This document shows positions 18,791-28,112 of a DNA stretch of 64,000 bases, piece after piece. Position 1 is the first letter of the stretch. Every line of letters starts with the position of its first letter. The DNA lies in NCBI GenBank assembly GCA_007120695.1, contig SKND01000035.1, positions 2,650-66,649 on the forward strand, written 5' to 3'. The notes below the pieces were generated by a model. The model was not told where the DNA came from. It did not search any database and saw only the letters and a program-made list of their open reading frames with translations. The stretch comes from Bacteroidales bacterium (GTDB taxonomy: Bacteria > Bacteroidota > Bacteroidia > Bacteroidales > PUMT01). A program made the translations under genes and the position numbers.

Positions 18791-20505
18791 TGCCGATGGA
18801 TAAAAGAGTTTTTAAAATTCAACAGGTTAAAGAGCTGGCATTTGTGCTTGTAACCATAATCCTTATATGCTTTTTGTCCGGTCATATTTTTGTCAGGCTT
18901 GACCTTACGGCCGATAAGAGATATACCCTGTCAACTGCCACCCGCGATATCCTTGGAGAACTTGATGATGTGGTTCATGTCAGGGTTTACCTTGAGGGTG
19001 ATCTTCCTGTAGGGTTCAGACGTTTGAGAAATGCCACACAGGAGTTGCTGGATGAGTTCAGGGTGGTTGCCGGAAGCCATATTCATTATGAGTTTATCGA
19101 TCCGGTAGATATTGACGACCAGGGAGTGCGCGACGATTTGCACCAGCAACTTTACAACAAGGGTCTCCGGCCAACCAACATTGAAATTGCTGAAAGAGGA
19201 GGCGGGCGGTCGCAGAAAATTATTTTCCCCGGGGCACTTGTATCCTACAAGGGTATGGAAATGCCTGTGAACCTGCTCAAAAACAATCCTGCTCTTCCGG
19301 CCGACCAGAACCTGAATAACTCTATTCAGTCTCTTGAATACGAATTAATTAGTAGTTTTTATAACCTGGCCGGCCCGGAAACCAGGAAGGTGGCTTTTTT
19401 GGAAGGGCATGGTGAGCTTGACGAACTTCTGGTTGCCGGTATAAGTGGTGCTATTGTCCGTTATTATGATATTTACAGGGGGCGGATTGATGAGAGTGAC
19501 CTGCAGAGCCTTGACGACTATCATGCGGTTATTATTGCCAAACCGGTAAAGCCCTTTACCGAAACCGAAAAATATGTTATTGATCAGTATATAATGAGGG
19601 GAGGGAAGGTGATGTGGTTCATCGATCCGGTGGCTATAGATCTTGACAGCCTGACCTATCAGAGTGAAGCAATTGCGCTTATAAACGATCTGAATATTGA
19701 TGATCAGCTGTTCCGGTATGGTGTAAGAATAAACCCCAACCTGGTGATGGATATGCATTGCCTGCTTATTCCCCTTAATGTGGCCCTTGCCCGTGAACAG
19801 GCAAGGTTTGTCCCCGTCCCCTGGTATTTCTCACCCCTGCTGGCAGGTAATGATGAGCACCCGGTTACAAGGGGACTGAATTATGTTAAGGCTGAATTTG
19901 CCAGTGTGATAGACACAGTAGGTTCCGATCCGGCTGTAAGAAGTGAAGTGTTGCTGAGAACTTCAAGTGAAACACGGGTAGTCAATGCTCCTATGATGGT
20001 GAGCCTTGAAATGGCCAGGCAGGAGCCTGATCGGCGCGAATTCAATAATCCGCATCAACCTGTTGCAGTAATGCTGGAAGGAGAGTTTACCTCTGTATTT
20101 GCCAACAGGATTATTTCGGGAATAATTGGCAGGGAAGACCCCGGATTCCGCGAAAGCGGTCAAAATACAAGGATGCTTGTCGTGGCTGATGGTGATATTA
20201 TCAGAAACGATATTACTGTTGAGGGAAACAGACCCGAACCATTGCCACTCGGATATGACAGGTACTCGGGACAAACATTCGGTAACCGTGAATTTGTTTT
20301 GAATGCCCTCAATTACCTGATTGATGAATCGGGGCTCATGGAGTTGCGTACAAGGGAACTGCAGCTTAGACTGCTTGACCGGGCAAGAGTGCGGGAGCAG
20401 AGAGGAATGTGGCAGATAATAAACCTGGGCGTTCCGCTTGCGATTGTAATTGCTTTGGGGTTGTTCTATAGCTGGCAGAGAAAAAGGCGTTTTGCCACCG
20501 GGTAA
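18784..20505 (+). CDS. gldG: gliding-associated ABC transporter accessory/substrate-binding component GldG
   Basis: 573 aa with N- and C-terminal TM anchors. Motifs LDLTADKRYTLS, VAFLEGHGE and GGKVMWFIDP. It overlaps the gldF stop by 7 nt. Confidence 0.75.
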   Translation: MVMPMDKRVFKIQQVKELAFVLVTIILICFLSGHIFVRLDLTADKRYTLSTATRDILGELDDVVHVRVYLEGDLPVGFRRLRNATQELLDEFRVVAGSHIHYEFIDPVDIDDQGVRDDLHQQLYNKGLRPTNIEIAERGGGRSQKIIFPGALVSYKGMEMPVNLLKNNPALPADQNLNNSIQSLEYELISSFYNLAGPETRKVAFLEGHGELDELLVAGISGAIVRYYDIYRGRIDESDLQSLDDYHAVIIAKPVKPFTETEKYVIDQYIMRGGKVMWFIDPVAIDLDSLTYQSEAIALINDLNIDDQLFRYGVRINPNLVMDMHCLLIPLNVALAREQARFVPVPWYFSPLLAGNDEHPVTRGLNYVKAEFASVIDTVGSDPAVRSEVLLRTSSETRVVNAPMMVSLEMARQEPDRREFNNPHQPVAVMLEGEFTSVFANRIISGIIGREDPGFRESGQNTRMLVVADGDIIRNDITVEGNRPEPLPLGYDRYSGQTFGNREFVLNALNYLIDESGLMELRTRELQLRLLDRARVREQRGMWQIINLGVPLAIVIALGLFYSWQRKRRFATG

Positions 20506-20517
20506 ATTATTGGAATA

Positions 20518-21498
20518 ATGAAAAGTTACAGGTTTCATATAGCAGGTCTATTGCTGCTCGCAATTGTTGTGGTTCTCATTTATCAAAACAGGAAGGGAAC
20601 CAGCCTGAACATGCGGGATATTGATTTTGCCCTGGAGGACCGCGATCGGATAGCTGAAGTGACCATCAGGGGTGGCGGGGAAGAAGTGGTGCTGACCAGG
20701 GATAACGGGTTGTGGATACTGAATTCACAGTTTGAGGCCAGGGATAAGGCGGTTGACATGCTGCTGCAGACCCTGGCCAGGTTGAGAGTTAGCAGTCCTG
20801 CTCCTTTAGCGGAAACAGATGCGATCATGAAGAATCTTAGTAATGATGCACTGCAGATTGATATAGATATGGGCAGAAGGACAAGGAGATATTTTGTATT
20901 CTCAGAAGGAGGAGAATCTCCTACATATATGTTGCGGGATGGTTCATCCCGGCCCTACAGGGTCGAGGTGTTAGGGTATGACGGGAATGTCGCATCACTC
21001 TTTGTTCCGGATGGGGCTTTCTGGCGGAGCAATATACTTTTTAATGTCCGGCTCATTGATATTGCTGAAGTGAGCGTCGATCACAGGGAGGATCAGGAGG
21101 GCTCATTTACCCTGAAGCAATCCCCGCAAAATGAATATACCCTTTACAGTTATCCGGAAGGAGAACTTATGGAGGGCTTAAGTGATTCACTTGCAATACG
21201 CTATCTGGCAAACTTTTTTTATGTGCCTTATGAACGGATGGCCGGAAGGGACGAAAGAACAGTAGCAGATTCACTTCTGAGATCGGGATACGATCATATG
21301 ATAAAAGTAACCCTGCATGAGGGAAGCGTCACGAAGGCATATTTCCACAGGATTGTTACAGGAGGCGGAGGTGAAGATGAAGTGAATTATGATCTTTTCA
21401 GGTTGTATGCCCTTATCAACGATAAATCAGACCTGGTGATAGTACCATACCACTCTGTAGATCTCCTGCTGCGGAATTCTTCATATTTTTTTCGTTAA
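20518..21498 (+). CDS. DUF4340-like protein commonly linked to gldFG
   Basis: 326 aa with an N-terminal TM anchor, located directly after gldG. The family assignment is from memory of the conserved gene order only. Confidence 0.4.
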   Translation: MKSYRFHIAGLLLLAIVVVLIYQNRKGTSLNMRDIDFALEDRDRIAEVTIRGGGEEVVLTRDNGLWILNSQFEARDKAVDMLLQTLARLRVSSPAPLAETDAIMKNLSNDALQIDIDMGRRTRRYFVFSEGGESPTYMLRDGSSRPYRVEVLGYDGNVASLFVPDGAFWRSNILFNVRLIDIAEVSVDHREDQEGSFTLKQSPQNEYTLYSYPEGELMEGLSDSLAIRYLANFFYVPYERMAGRDERTVADSLLRSGYDHMIKVTLHEGSVTKAYFHRIVTGGGGEDEVNYDLFRLYALINDKSDLVIVPYHSVDLLLRNSSYFFR

Positions 21499-21733
21499 AA
21501 CAGGCAGGGATGCATCAGTCGGAGATGCACCAGGTAAAGAGCTGATTACTAGTTTTATTGAAGGTTATTGCCGGTAAATAACAGGTACATTGATATTTCA
21601 TATCCCTTTCATATTGTTCAGGTTGTTTTTTTTTTGTATTATTGGTAATTGCTATTCCATCCGTAACATGCACAAAAACAAGGCAATTACGTGTTATTTC
21701 AAAATATTAATAATGTAAACTAAATCATTCTCT

Positions 21734-22864
21734 ATGAAGTTCGTTATTTCCAGCACTGATCTGCTCAATCACCTGCAGGCAATCAGCAGGGTTATAAGTA
21801 CAAAAAATACACTGCCCATTCTGGATAATTTTTTGTTTAAGCTACAGGACAATGAGCTGGTTATAACAGCCTCGGACCTGGAATCGACCCTTACAACCAG
21901 GATGCATCTTGAGAATACATCCGGTGACGGAACAATCGCCATTCCCGCAAAGATCCTTTCAGATACGTTGAAAGAGTTTCCGGAACAGCCTCTCACTTTT
22001 GATATCTCAACTGAAAATTATTCCGTTGTTATTACAACTGAGAACGGTAAGTTCAGCATTGTAGGACAGAACGGGGAAGATTTTCCGCAATACCCGGTAC
22101 TGAAAGATGATCTTAAGATGACGGTGAGAATGAGTGCGGAAGTCCTTCTTTATGGTATCGCCAAAACAATTTTCGCCACTGCCGATGATGAGCTAAGGCC
22201 AGTTATGAACGGCATCTATCTTGATTTCTCACCCGAAAATATGACCTTTGTTGCCTCAGATGCTCATAAACTGGTGAGATACAAACGATTTGATGTTAAA
22301 ACGGAGGAGGAGGCCTCTTTTATCCTTCCTAAGAAACCTGCTTCGCTTCTGAAGAACATCCTTGCACGGGAGAAGAATGATGTAGTTATAGAATTTGATG
22401 ATAAGAATGCATTGTTTACACTGACCGATTATAAGCTGGTGAGCCGCCTTGTGGAGGGTAACTATCCTAATTACAGTTCGGTCATACCTTCAGATAATCA
22501 GAACAAACTGGCTATGGACAGGCTGGATATTATCAACAGTCTCCGCCGTGTATCAGTTTTCTCCAGCCAGGCCAGTAATCTTGTTAAGCTTGAACTAGGC
22601 CGGAACCAGATCACTGTTTCGGCACAGGATATTGATTTCAGCATTTCAGCCTACGAAAAACTGCAGTGTCAGTATGAGGGTGATGGGATGGAGATCGGGT
22701 TCAAGTCCACGTTCCTTATTGAGATACTTAACAACCTTGCCTCAAGTGAGGTGATAATGGAGCTAAGTGATCCCTCAAGGGCCGGTCTTTTATTACCTGC
22801 AGAGAAAGACAGCGATGATGAGGACCTGCTGATGCTTCTGATGCCCATGATGATCAATGTTTAG
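21734..22864 (+). CDS. dnaN: DNA polymerase III beta subunit (sliding clamp)
   Basis: 376 aa. The N-terminus is MKFVISSTDLLNHLQAISRVISTKNTLPILDNFLF, with RPVMNGIYL, FVASDAHKL and LVEGNYPNY. Confidence 0.95.
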   Translation: MKFVISSTDLLNHLQAISRVISTKNTLPILDNFLFKLQDNELVITASDLESTLTTRMHLENTSGDGTIAIPAKILSDTLKEFPEQPLTFDISTENYSVVITTENGKFSIVGQNGEDFPQYPVLKDDLKMTVRMSAEVLLYGIAKTIFATADDELRPVMNGIYLDFSPENMTFVASDAHKLVRYKRFDVKTEEEASFILPKKPASLLKNILAREKNDVVIEFDDKNALFTLTDYKLVSRLVEGNYPNYSSVIPSDNQNKLAMDRLDIINSLRRVSVFSSQASNLVKLELGRNQITVSAQDIDFSISAYEKLQCQYEGDGMEIGFKSTFLIEILNNLASSEVIMELSDPSRAGLLLPAEKDSDDEDLLMLLMPMMINV

Positions 22865-22890
22865 ATCCCGGAGTTGAAATTTGCTGGTTA

Positions 22891-22918
22891 CACCCTGGCC
22901 CTTTTCAGGGACAGGGTG
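22891..22918 (+). terminator. terminator-like hairpin downstream of dnaN
   Basis: CACCCTGGCCC-tttc-AGGGACAGGGTG forms 7 + 4 bp with one internal mismatch and a 4-nt loop, 27 nt after the dnaN stop. It is followed by AT-rich sequence, not a clean U-tract. Confidence 0.5.
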
Positions 22919-23037
22919 ATATTACTTTAAATATTTTATACCTCCCGTGGCATAATTGTTTTTCAATTATAATACAGGGCAGGAGCGCGGACTTGAATTT
23001 TTTAACCGCCTGAAAGAAGATTATTAAATAACTAATT

Positions 23038-23805
23038 ATGAGCTTGAAACTTAAAAACCCCCTTATTTTTTTTGATCTGGAGACCACAGGAATGGATGTG
23101 GTAAAGGACAGGATTGTTGAATTGTCTTATCTGAAAATAAATCCCGATGGCAGTGAAGAGACCAAAACCTGGCTTATCAATCCTGAAATGCCTATCTCTC
23201 TTGAGGCAACCGCTGTTCATGGGATATCCAATGATGATGTCAAAGATTCACCCACTTTTCAGCATATAGCACAAACCCTGGCAAATGAATTTGAAGGCTG
23301 TGACTTTGCAGGGTTTAACTCCAATAAATTTGACATCCCGCTTCTGGCCGAGGAATTTTTAAGAACCAACGTCGATTTCGATCTTAAAAAACGGAAATTT
23401 GTTGATGTGATGGTCATCTTTATGAAGATGGAACAGCGCAACCTGTCAGCTGCTTACCGGTTCTACTGCAATAAGGAGCTTGAAAATGCCCATAGTGCAG
23501 AGGCCGATACGCGGGCAACCTATGAGATACTTAAGGCGCAGATTGAAAGGTACAGTGAGCTTGAGAATGATGTAGATTCACTCTCCGGCTTCTCTGCCCA
23601 TACCAGGAATGTTGACTATATGGGGAGGATCATATACAACGATCAGGATGTTGAGATTATCAATTTCGGCAAATACAAGGGTATGCCGGTTGAGGAGGTG
23701 CTGGCAAAAGATCCGGGATATTACGGCTGGATCATGAATGCCGATTTTCCGCTTTATACCAAAAAGGTACTTACGAACATCAAACTAAGGAAGTTTAATA
23801 AATGA
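23038..23805 (+). CDS. DnaQ/epsilon-like DEDDh 3'-5' exonuclease with a C-terminal FGKYKG-type extension
   Basis: 255 aa. ExoI is FFDLETTG, ExoII is FAGFNSNKFDIPLL and ExoIII is HSAEADTRATYEI. The C-terminal segment is INFGKYKGMPVEEVLAKDPGYYGWIM. Confidence 0.85.
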   Translation: MSLKLKNPLIFFDLETTGMDVVKDRIVELSYLKINPDGSEETKTWLINPEMPISLEATAVHGISNDDVKDSPTFQHIAQTLANEFEGCDFAGFNSNKFDIPLLAEEFLRTNVDFDLKKRKFVDVMVIFMKMEQRNLSAAYRFYCNKELENAHSAEADTRATYEILKAQIERYSELENDVDSLSGFSAHTRNVDYMGRIIYNDQDVEIINFGKYKGMPVEEVLAKDPGYYGWIMNADFPLYTKKVLTNIKLRKFNK

Positions 23806-23817
23806 TGCCGGTACGCC

Positions 23818-24429
23818 ATGAAGATAATCTGTATAGGCAGAAACTATGCCGATCATGCCAGGGAGCTGAATAATCCGCTACCGGAAAAACCGGTATTTTT
23901 CCTGAAGCCGGATACGGCCCTTGTTCTGAATAACAGGCCCTTTTTTTATCCCGGTTTTTCAGGGGAGATTCATCATGAGGTCGAACTTGTTTTAAAGATA
24001 AATCGCCTGGGCCGCCATATAGGAGAGGAATTTGCTCACAGGTATTATGACGAGATAGGGGTGGGAATCGATTTTACTGCCCGTGACCTGCAGGATCAAT
24101 GCAAGAAGAAGGGACTGCCATGGGAGATCGCCAAGGCATTTGATAATTCGGCTCCCCTGGGAAGGTTTATTTCAAAAGCAGATATTCCCGACACCGCCAA
24201 TATCTGCCTGAGGCTTGACATAAACGGCAAGAGGGTCCAGGATGGCAGCTCAAAAGATATGATCTTTTCGTTTGACAGGATAATCTCTTATGTTTCACAG
24301 TTCATTACATTGAAGATCGGTGATCTGATCTTTACCGGAACCCCGGCAGGGGTGGGACCGGTAAAGATAGGCGACAGGCTGCAGGCTTACATCAACGATG
24401 ATATGCTGCTTGATTTTTATGTAAAATGA
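23818..24429 (+). CDS. fumarylacetoacetate hydrolase (FAH) family protein
   Basis: 203 aa. Motifs MKIICIGRNYADHARE, PVFFLKP, HHEVELV, GIDFTARD and GDLIFTGTPAGVG. Confidence 0.85.
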   Translation: MKIICIGRNYADHARELNNPLPEKPVFFLKPDTALVLNNRPFFYPGFSGEIHHEVELVLKINRLGRHIGEEFAHRYYDEIGVGIDFTARDLQDQCKKKGLPWEIAKAFDNSAPLGRFISKADIPDTANICLRLDINGKRVQDGSSKDMIFSFDRIISYVSQFITLKIGDLIFTGTPAGVGPVKIGDRLQAYINDDMLLDFYVK

Positions 24430-24529
24430 CGCTTATTTTATAGACGGACCCTGATTATTTATATACTCGGGAATGATACCTTGGGGCTCTACCCCGGGGG
24501 CGTTTCTGGTTGCGCTTCAATAACAGACA

Positions 24530-25837
24530 TTATTCAGTCATCGCCCCGTAAATGATAACCTCTATTTTTTCCCACATATCGTTGTGGAAAAAAGGTAACA
24601 TCTGGATCATTCCCACCACGGCAAGGTCATTTTCAGTATCCCACCAATAGGTTGTACTCAATGCGCCTCCCCATGAGTATCTGTTGTATGATCCCGGCTT
24701 TCTTCTATATGAATCGTCTGTTCCCAGTTCGAACCCGAGTCCGAAAGCAAACTCCCTCTCATCAGGCCCGCCCTCCGAAGGCGTATTGATCCTCGCCAGC
24801 TGATTAGTCACCATCAGGTCAATTGTTTTGGGGCCCACGATCCTGTTACCATTATATTCACCCCCGTTGAGGAGCATTTGCAGAAACCGGGCATAATCTT
24901 TTGCCGTTGTGGAGAGTCCGGCACCTCCCGCAAAAAACAATTCATCTGTCATACTATGGTACCTGGCCATTGGCGAGTCCTCGTCCATCTTCACCAGCGG
25001 ATCCTCACGGGTATTGGCAAATACTTTCGCCATTCTGTCTGCCTTTTCTGCCGGCACAAAGAAATAACTGTCATCCATATCAAGTGGTTTGAAAATGTGA
25101 TCATCCAGGTACCTGTCGAATCGTTTTCCTGAAACCACTTCAACCAGGTATCCCAGCACATCGGTACTCACTCCGTATGTGTACCTGGTACCCGGTTCAT
25201 GTAACAGGGGCACATTCCCCAGTACTTTCATGTTGTCGGCCAGTGTTCTGACCTCCGTATCCAATGCAATTGCCTCAACGACCCCTTCTTTGTTATAAAT
25301 AATCTGCATTTCCGGCGAGGTAAATCCGTATGCTAGTCCGCTCGTATGCCTGAGAAGATCCCGTATGGTGATTTTCCGCCGGGCAGGGCGGGAAGTATAT
25401 GTGCTGTCTGACTTGTTCAGAGATTCCAGTACCTGCATATTTCTGAATTCAGGAATATAATTCTCCAGTGCATCATCCAGAAGGAATTTACCCTGTTCAT
25501 AGAGCTGCATCGCTGCCACGCTTGTAATCGCCTTGGTCATCGACATTATCCTGTATATCGAATCCTGTCCCCCGACCGCCCCTTCCGGGGAAAAAGACTT
25601 ATGGTAAGCTATACCCCCGTTGCGTACAATAATAACTTCGGCAGATGCTATGGCTTGTTTGTCAATATACTCTCCGAAGAGATTGTCGAGCATTTCGAGA
25701 CTGCCGGGGTTTAATCCCGCACTTTCAGGATGCACCGGGTTCAGTGTGGCGGAATTATTTCCGTTACTGCTTGGAGATGAGCAAGATGATAACAGGGTAA
25801 AAGGGATTGTCAGAATAAGCAGAATTGATTTTCTCAT
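24530..25837 (-). CDS. serine hydrolase of the beta-lactamase/transpeptidase-like fold (class C / esterase EstB-like), lipoprotein-type signal
   Basis: 435 aa. The signal peptide ends LLSSCSS. The S-x-x-K nucleophile motif is YRIMSMTKAIT. YGVSTDVLG is Y-x-N-like. Confidence 0.85.
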   Translation of the reverse strand: MRKSILLILTIPFTLLSSCSSPSSNGNNSATLNPVHPESAGLNPGSLEMLDNLFGEYIDKQAIASAEVIIVRNGGIAYHKSFSPEGAVGGQDSIYRIMSMTKAITSVAAMQLYEQGKFLLDDALENYIPEFRNMQVLESLNKSDSTYTSRPARRKITIRDLLRHTSGLAYGFTSPEMQIIYNKEGVVEAIALDTEVRTLADNMKVLGNVPLLHEPGTRYTYGVSTDVLGYLVEVVSGKRFDRYLDDHIFKPLDMDDSYFFVPAEKADRMAKVFANTREDPLVKMDEDSPMARYHSMTDELFFAGGAGLSTTAKDYARFLQMLLNGGEYNGNRIVGPKTIDLMVTNQLARINTPSEGGPDEREFAFGLGFELGTDDSYRRKPGSYNRYSWGGALSTTYWWDTENDLAVVGMIQMLPFFHNDMWEKIEVIIYGAMTE

Positions 25838-25857
25838 GGTAAATTCCAGATTAATAT

Positions 25858-25967
25858 TTCAGTGAGTTATATTCAGGTATTCAGTGAGTTATATTCACGG
25901 CTTCAGAGATTTACATTCAGGGATCCAGAGATTTATATTCAGGTATTCAGTGAGTTGTATTCAGGTG
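25858..25967. repeat. tandem array of five 22-bp direct repeats
   Basis: The five units are TTCAGTGAGTTATATTCAGGTA, TTCAGTGAGTTATATTCACGGC, TTCAGAGATTTACATTCAGGGA, TCCAGAGATTTATATTCAGGTA and TTCAGTGAGTTGTATTCAGGTG. They are head to tail with no spacers. Confidence 0.9.
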
Positions 25968-25968
25968 T

Positions 25969-26688
25969 TTATGTCTGTGTTTTCCTGAAACCCACCAGGA
26001 TAGATATTATGGCTACAGCAATAATTGATATTCCGGCAACTATCAGAATCGGCTTGTTGCCTGGCCACCTGGCGATAATTATTCCTGTCAGTGCCCATAT
26101 AACTGCGAGTCCGGTGAAAGGATTCCTGTAGTTCCTGATAATCAGTGCTGTTACAAGAGCTCCTGCAAGTACCATGATCACTGCCCACACCTCTTCTGAT
26201 ATACCCCATCCCTGCCAGTTGACGGCAACAAGCAGTGCGGTAACGTTTGCAATCGTGGCTATGCATATCCAGCCCAGGTATATTCCGAACGCAGCCCTTG
26301 CAACCAGACTGTCAGATGTGGTCAGCCTGTAATTGATTATTACAAGTGCTGACAGCAGCAGCAGCATTATAAAAAGGGAGACGGCCAGATATTCATAATG
26401 CCAGGCAATGATCCACAAAGCATTAAGGATACAGGTTGCAGCAAAGAGCAAACCAATGGCATTTATCACAGCCCTGTTTTCTGCCCTGAATTGTAAAAGG
26501 ACAAATACCAGCAGCAACAGGTAAATAACACCCCAGATAGAAAAGGTTATTCCTGCAGGGACAAAAAGGTTGGGGTACTGGGCAGAAAGCTCACCCGTAG
26601 TTTTGCCGCCCAGGGGCAGGGCGTTGGCAAGGTAGTTCATCAGCACCATTACCGCGAATGCTGCAATATTGATAATTTTGATAGTCAT
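25969..26688 (-). CDS. polytopic membrane protein, TspO/MBR-related (tryptophan-rich sensory protein-like)
   Basis: 239 aa with about 7 TM helices. The N-terminal motif is MNYLANALPLGGKTTGELSAQYPNLFVPAGITFSIWGVIY, which I remember being annotated as TspO/MBR family. This was not verified. Confidence 0.45.
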   Translation of the reverse strand: MTIKIINIAAFAVMVLMNYLANALPLGGKTTGELSAQYPNLFVPAGITFSIWGVIYLLLLVFVLLQFRAENRAVINAIGLLFAATCILNALWIIAWHYEYLAVSLFIMLLLLSALVIINYRLTTSDSLVARAAFGIYLGWICIATIANVTALLVAVNWQGWGISEEVWAVIMVLAGALVTALIIRNYRNPFTGLAVIWALTGIIIARWPGNKPILIVAGISIIAVAIISILVGFRKTQT

Positions 26689-26849
26689 AGCCGGGTTGAA
26701 TTAGTATATTGGTAATATAAAAGTACAAATATTATCCTGATCATCCCAACAATAATATAAAAGTGTCTGGCAGGCTCCCTTTTTGGTTTGAAAAGATTTC
26801 TGCGAAAGCGAATTAACCGACTTTGTTTGAAGCCGTCTTGCTGACTGTT

Positions 26850-27422
26850 TTAAACTATCCCTGCAAATCCCATAAAAGCAAGTGCCAGCAATCCGGCAGC
26901 GACCAGGATGACGGGATTTCCGCGCATGCCTTTTGGTACATTTACCAGTTCAAGTTGTTCACGTATGCCTGCCAGGATGACCAGTGCGAGCGTGAACCCG
27001 ATCGCGTGTGCAATTGCAAATACCACACCGCTCATTAGCGTGTATTCATTCTGTATAACCAGTATGGCGACACCAAGAATGGCACAGTTGGTGGTCATCA
27101 GCGGCAGGAAAATTCCGAGTGCCTGGTAGAGCGGGGGACTTACTTTCTTGAGTATTATCTCGACCATCTGTACAAGGGAGGAGATTACCAGGATGTAGGT
27201 AACGGTTCTCAGGTATATAAGGTCGAAAGGGATAAGGATATAGTGCGAGATCATGTATGTCACGATGGCGGCAATGGTCATGACGAACATAACTGCACCG
27301 CCCATTCCGGCAGCAGTGGATATCCTGTTCGAAACCCCGAAGAAGGGGCAAAGTCCCAGAAACTGTGCAAGTACTATGTTGTTGACAAGTATGGCTGATA
27401 ATACTATTGCTATATATTCCAT
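26850..27422 (-). CDS. rnfA: Rnf electron transport complex subunit A
   Basis: 190 aa. The N-terminus is MEYIAIVLSAILVNNIVLAQFLGLCPFFGVS. It is the last gene of rnfBCDGEA. Confidence 0.9.
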   Translation of the reverse strand: MEYIAIVLSAILVNNIVLAQFLGLCPFFGVSNRISTAAGMGGAVMFVMTIAAIVTYMISHYILIPFDLIYLRTVTYILVISSLVQMVEIILKKVSPPLYQALGIFLPLMTTNCAILGVAILVIQNEYTLMSGVVFAIAHAIGFTLALVILAGIREQLELVNVPKGMRGNPVILVAAGLLALAFMGFAGIV

Positions 27423-27436
27423 GGCTGTGTATGTTT

Positions 27437-28015
27437 CTATTTGTTCAACTTATTTGCCAGGGCTATAAGGTAGCCCAGTGCTATAAATGCTCCCGGGGCA
27501 AGGACAAAGACAAGCATTCCGTCTGCCTGAAGGAACTGAAACCCGAAAATAGCATTGCTTCCAAGGATTTCACGGGATGCCCCGAGCAGGGTTAGTGCCA
27601 GCGTAAAGCCAAGGCCCATTCCCGTTCCGTCAATTATCGACGACCAAAGGGTGTTTTTCGAGGCAAATGCCTCTGCTCTTCCCAGAACAAAACAGTTTAC
27701 CACTATAAGCGGAATAAAGAGTCCGAGTTGCTCATGCAAAGGCGACATGAATGCTGCCATTACAAGGTCGACTATGGTAACAAAGGAGGCGATGACAACA
27801 ATATAGCAGGGGATCCTTACTTTGCTGGGAACAAAGTTTTTTATAAGTGAGACAACAATGTTTGACATTATTACAACGAACATGGTTGCCAGTCCCATTC
27901 CCATCCCGTTAAATGCAGAAGTTGTGGTTCCAAGTGCCGGACATAATCCCAGCATCAGAATGAATACCGGGTTTTCCCTGATTAGTCCCTTGGTGAAGTT
28001 TTTTGCCTGGTCCAT
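27437..28015 (-). CDS. rnfE: Rnf electron transport complex subunit E
   Basis: 192 aa. Motifs ENPVFILMLGLCPALGTTT and LIVVNCFVLGRAEAFA. Confidence 0.9.
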   Translation of the reverse strand: MDQAKNFTKGLIRENPVFILMLGLCPALGTTTSAFNGMGMGLATMFVVIMSNIVVSLIKNFVPSKVRIPCYIVVIASFVTIVDLVMAAFMSPLHEQLGLFIPLIVVNCFVLGRAEAFASKNTLWSSIIDGTGMGLGFTLALTLLGASREILGSNAIFGFQFLQADGMLVFVLAPGAFIALGYLIALANKLNK

Positions 28016-28112
28016 AATTACTTGCTTATAATTTTGTCACTTAAATCTCTTCTGATCGTATTATTACATGATCGTTTTATTACCGGTGCAGAAACCCGGG
28101 AGTGCCGGAGAA

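Noticed and set aside
21626-21690. A T10 homopolymer (21626..21635) and the inverted repeat GTAATTGC...GCAATTAC (21645..21652 / 21683..21690) lie upstream of dnaN. I also looked here for DnaA boxes.
   Set aside because: There is no TTATCCACA-like box. The homopolymer is not placed between recognisable -33/-7 elements. The 8-bp arms with a 30-nt loop are within chance expectation for AT-rich intergenic DNA.
25862-26131. An 89-aa + strand ORF has the internally repeated peptide SYIQVFSELYS.
   Set aside because: The peptide repeat is just the translation of the 22-bp DNA tandem array. The remainder is antisense to the TspO-like membrane protein gene.
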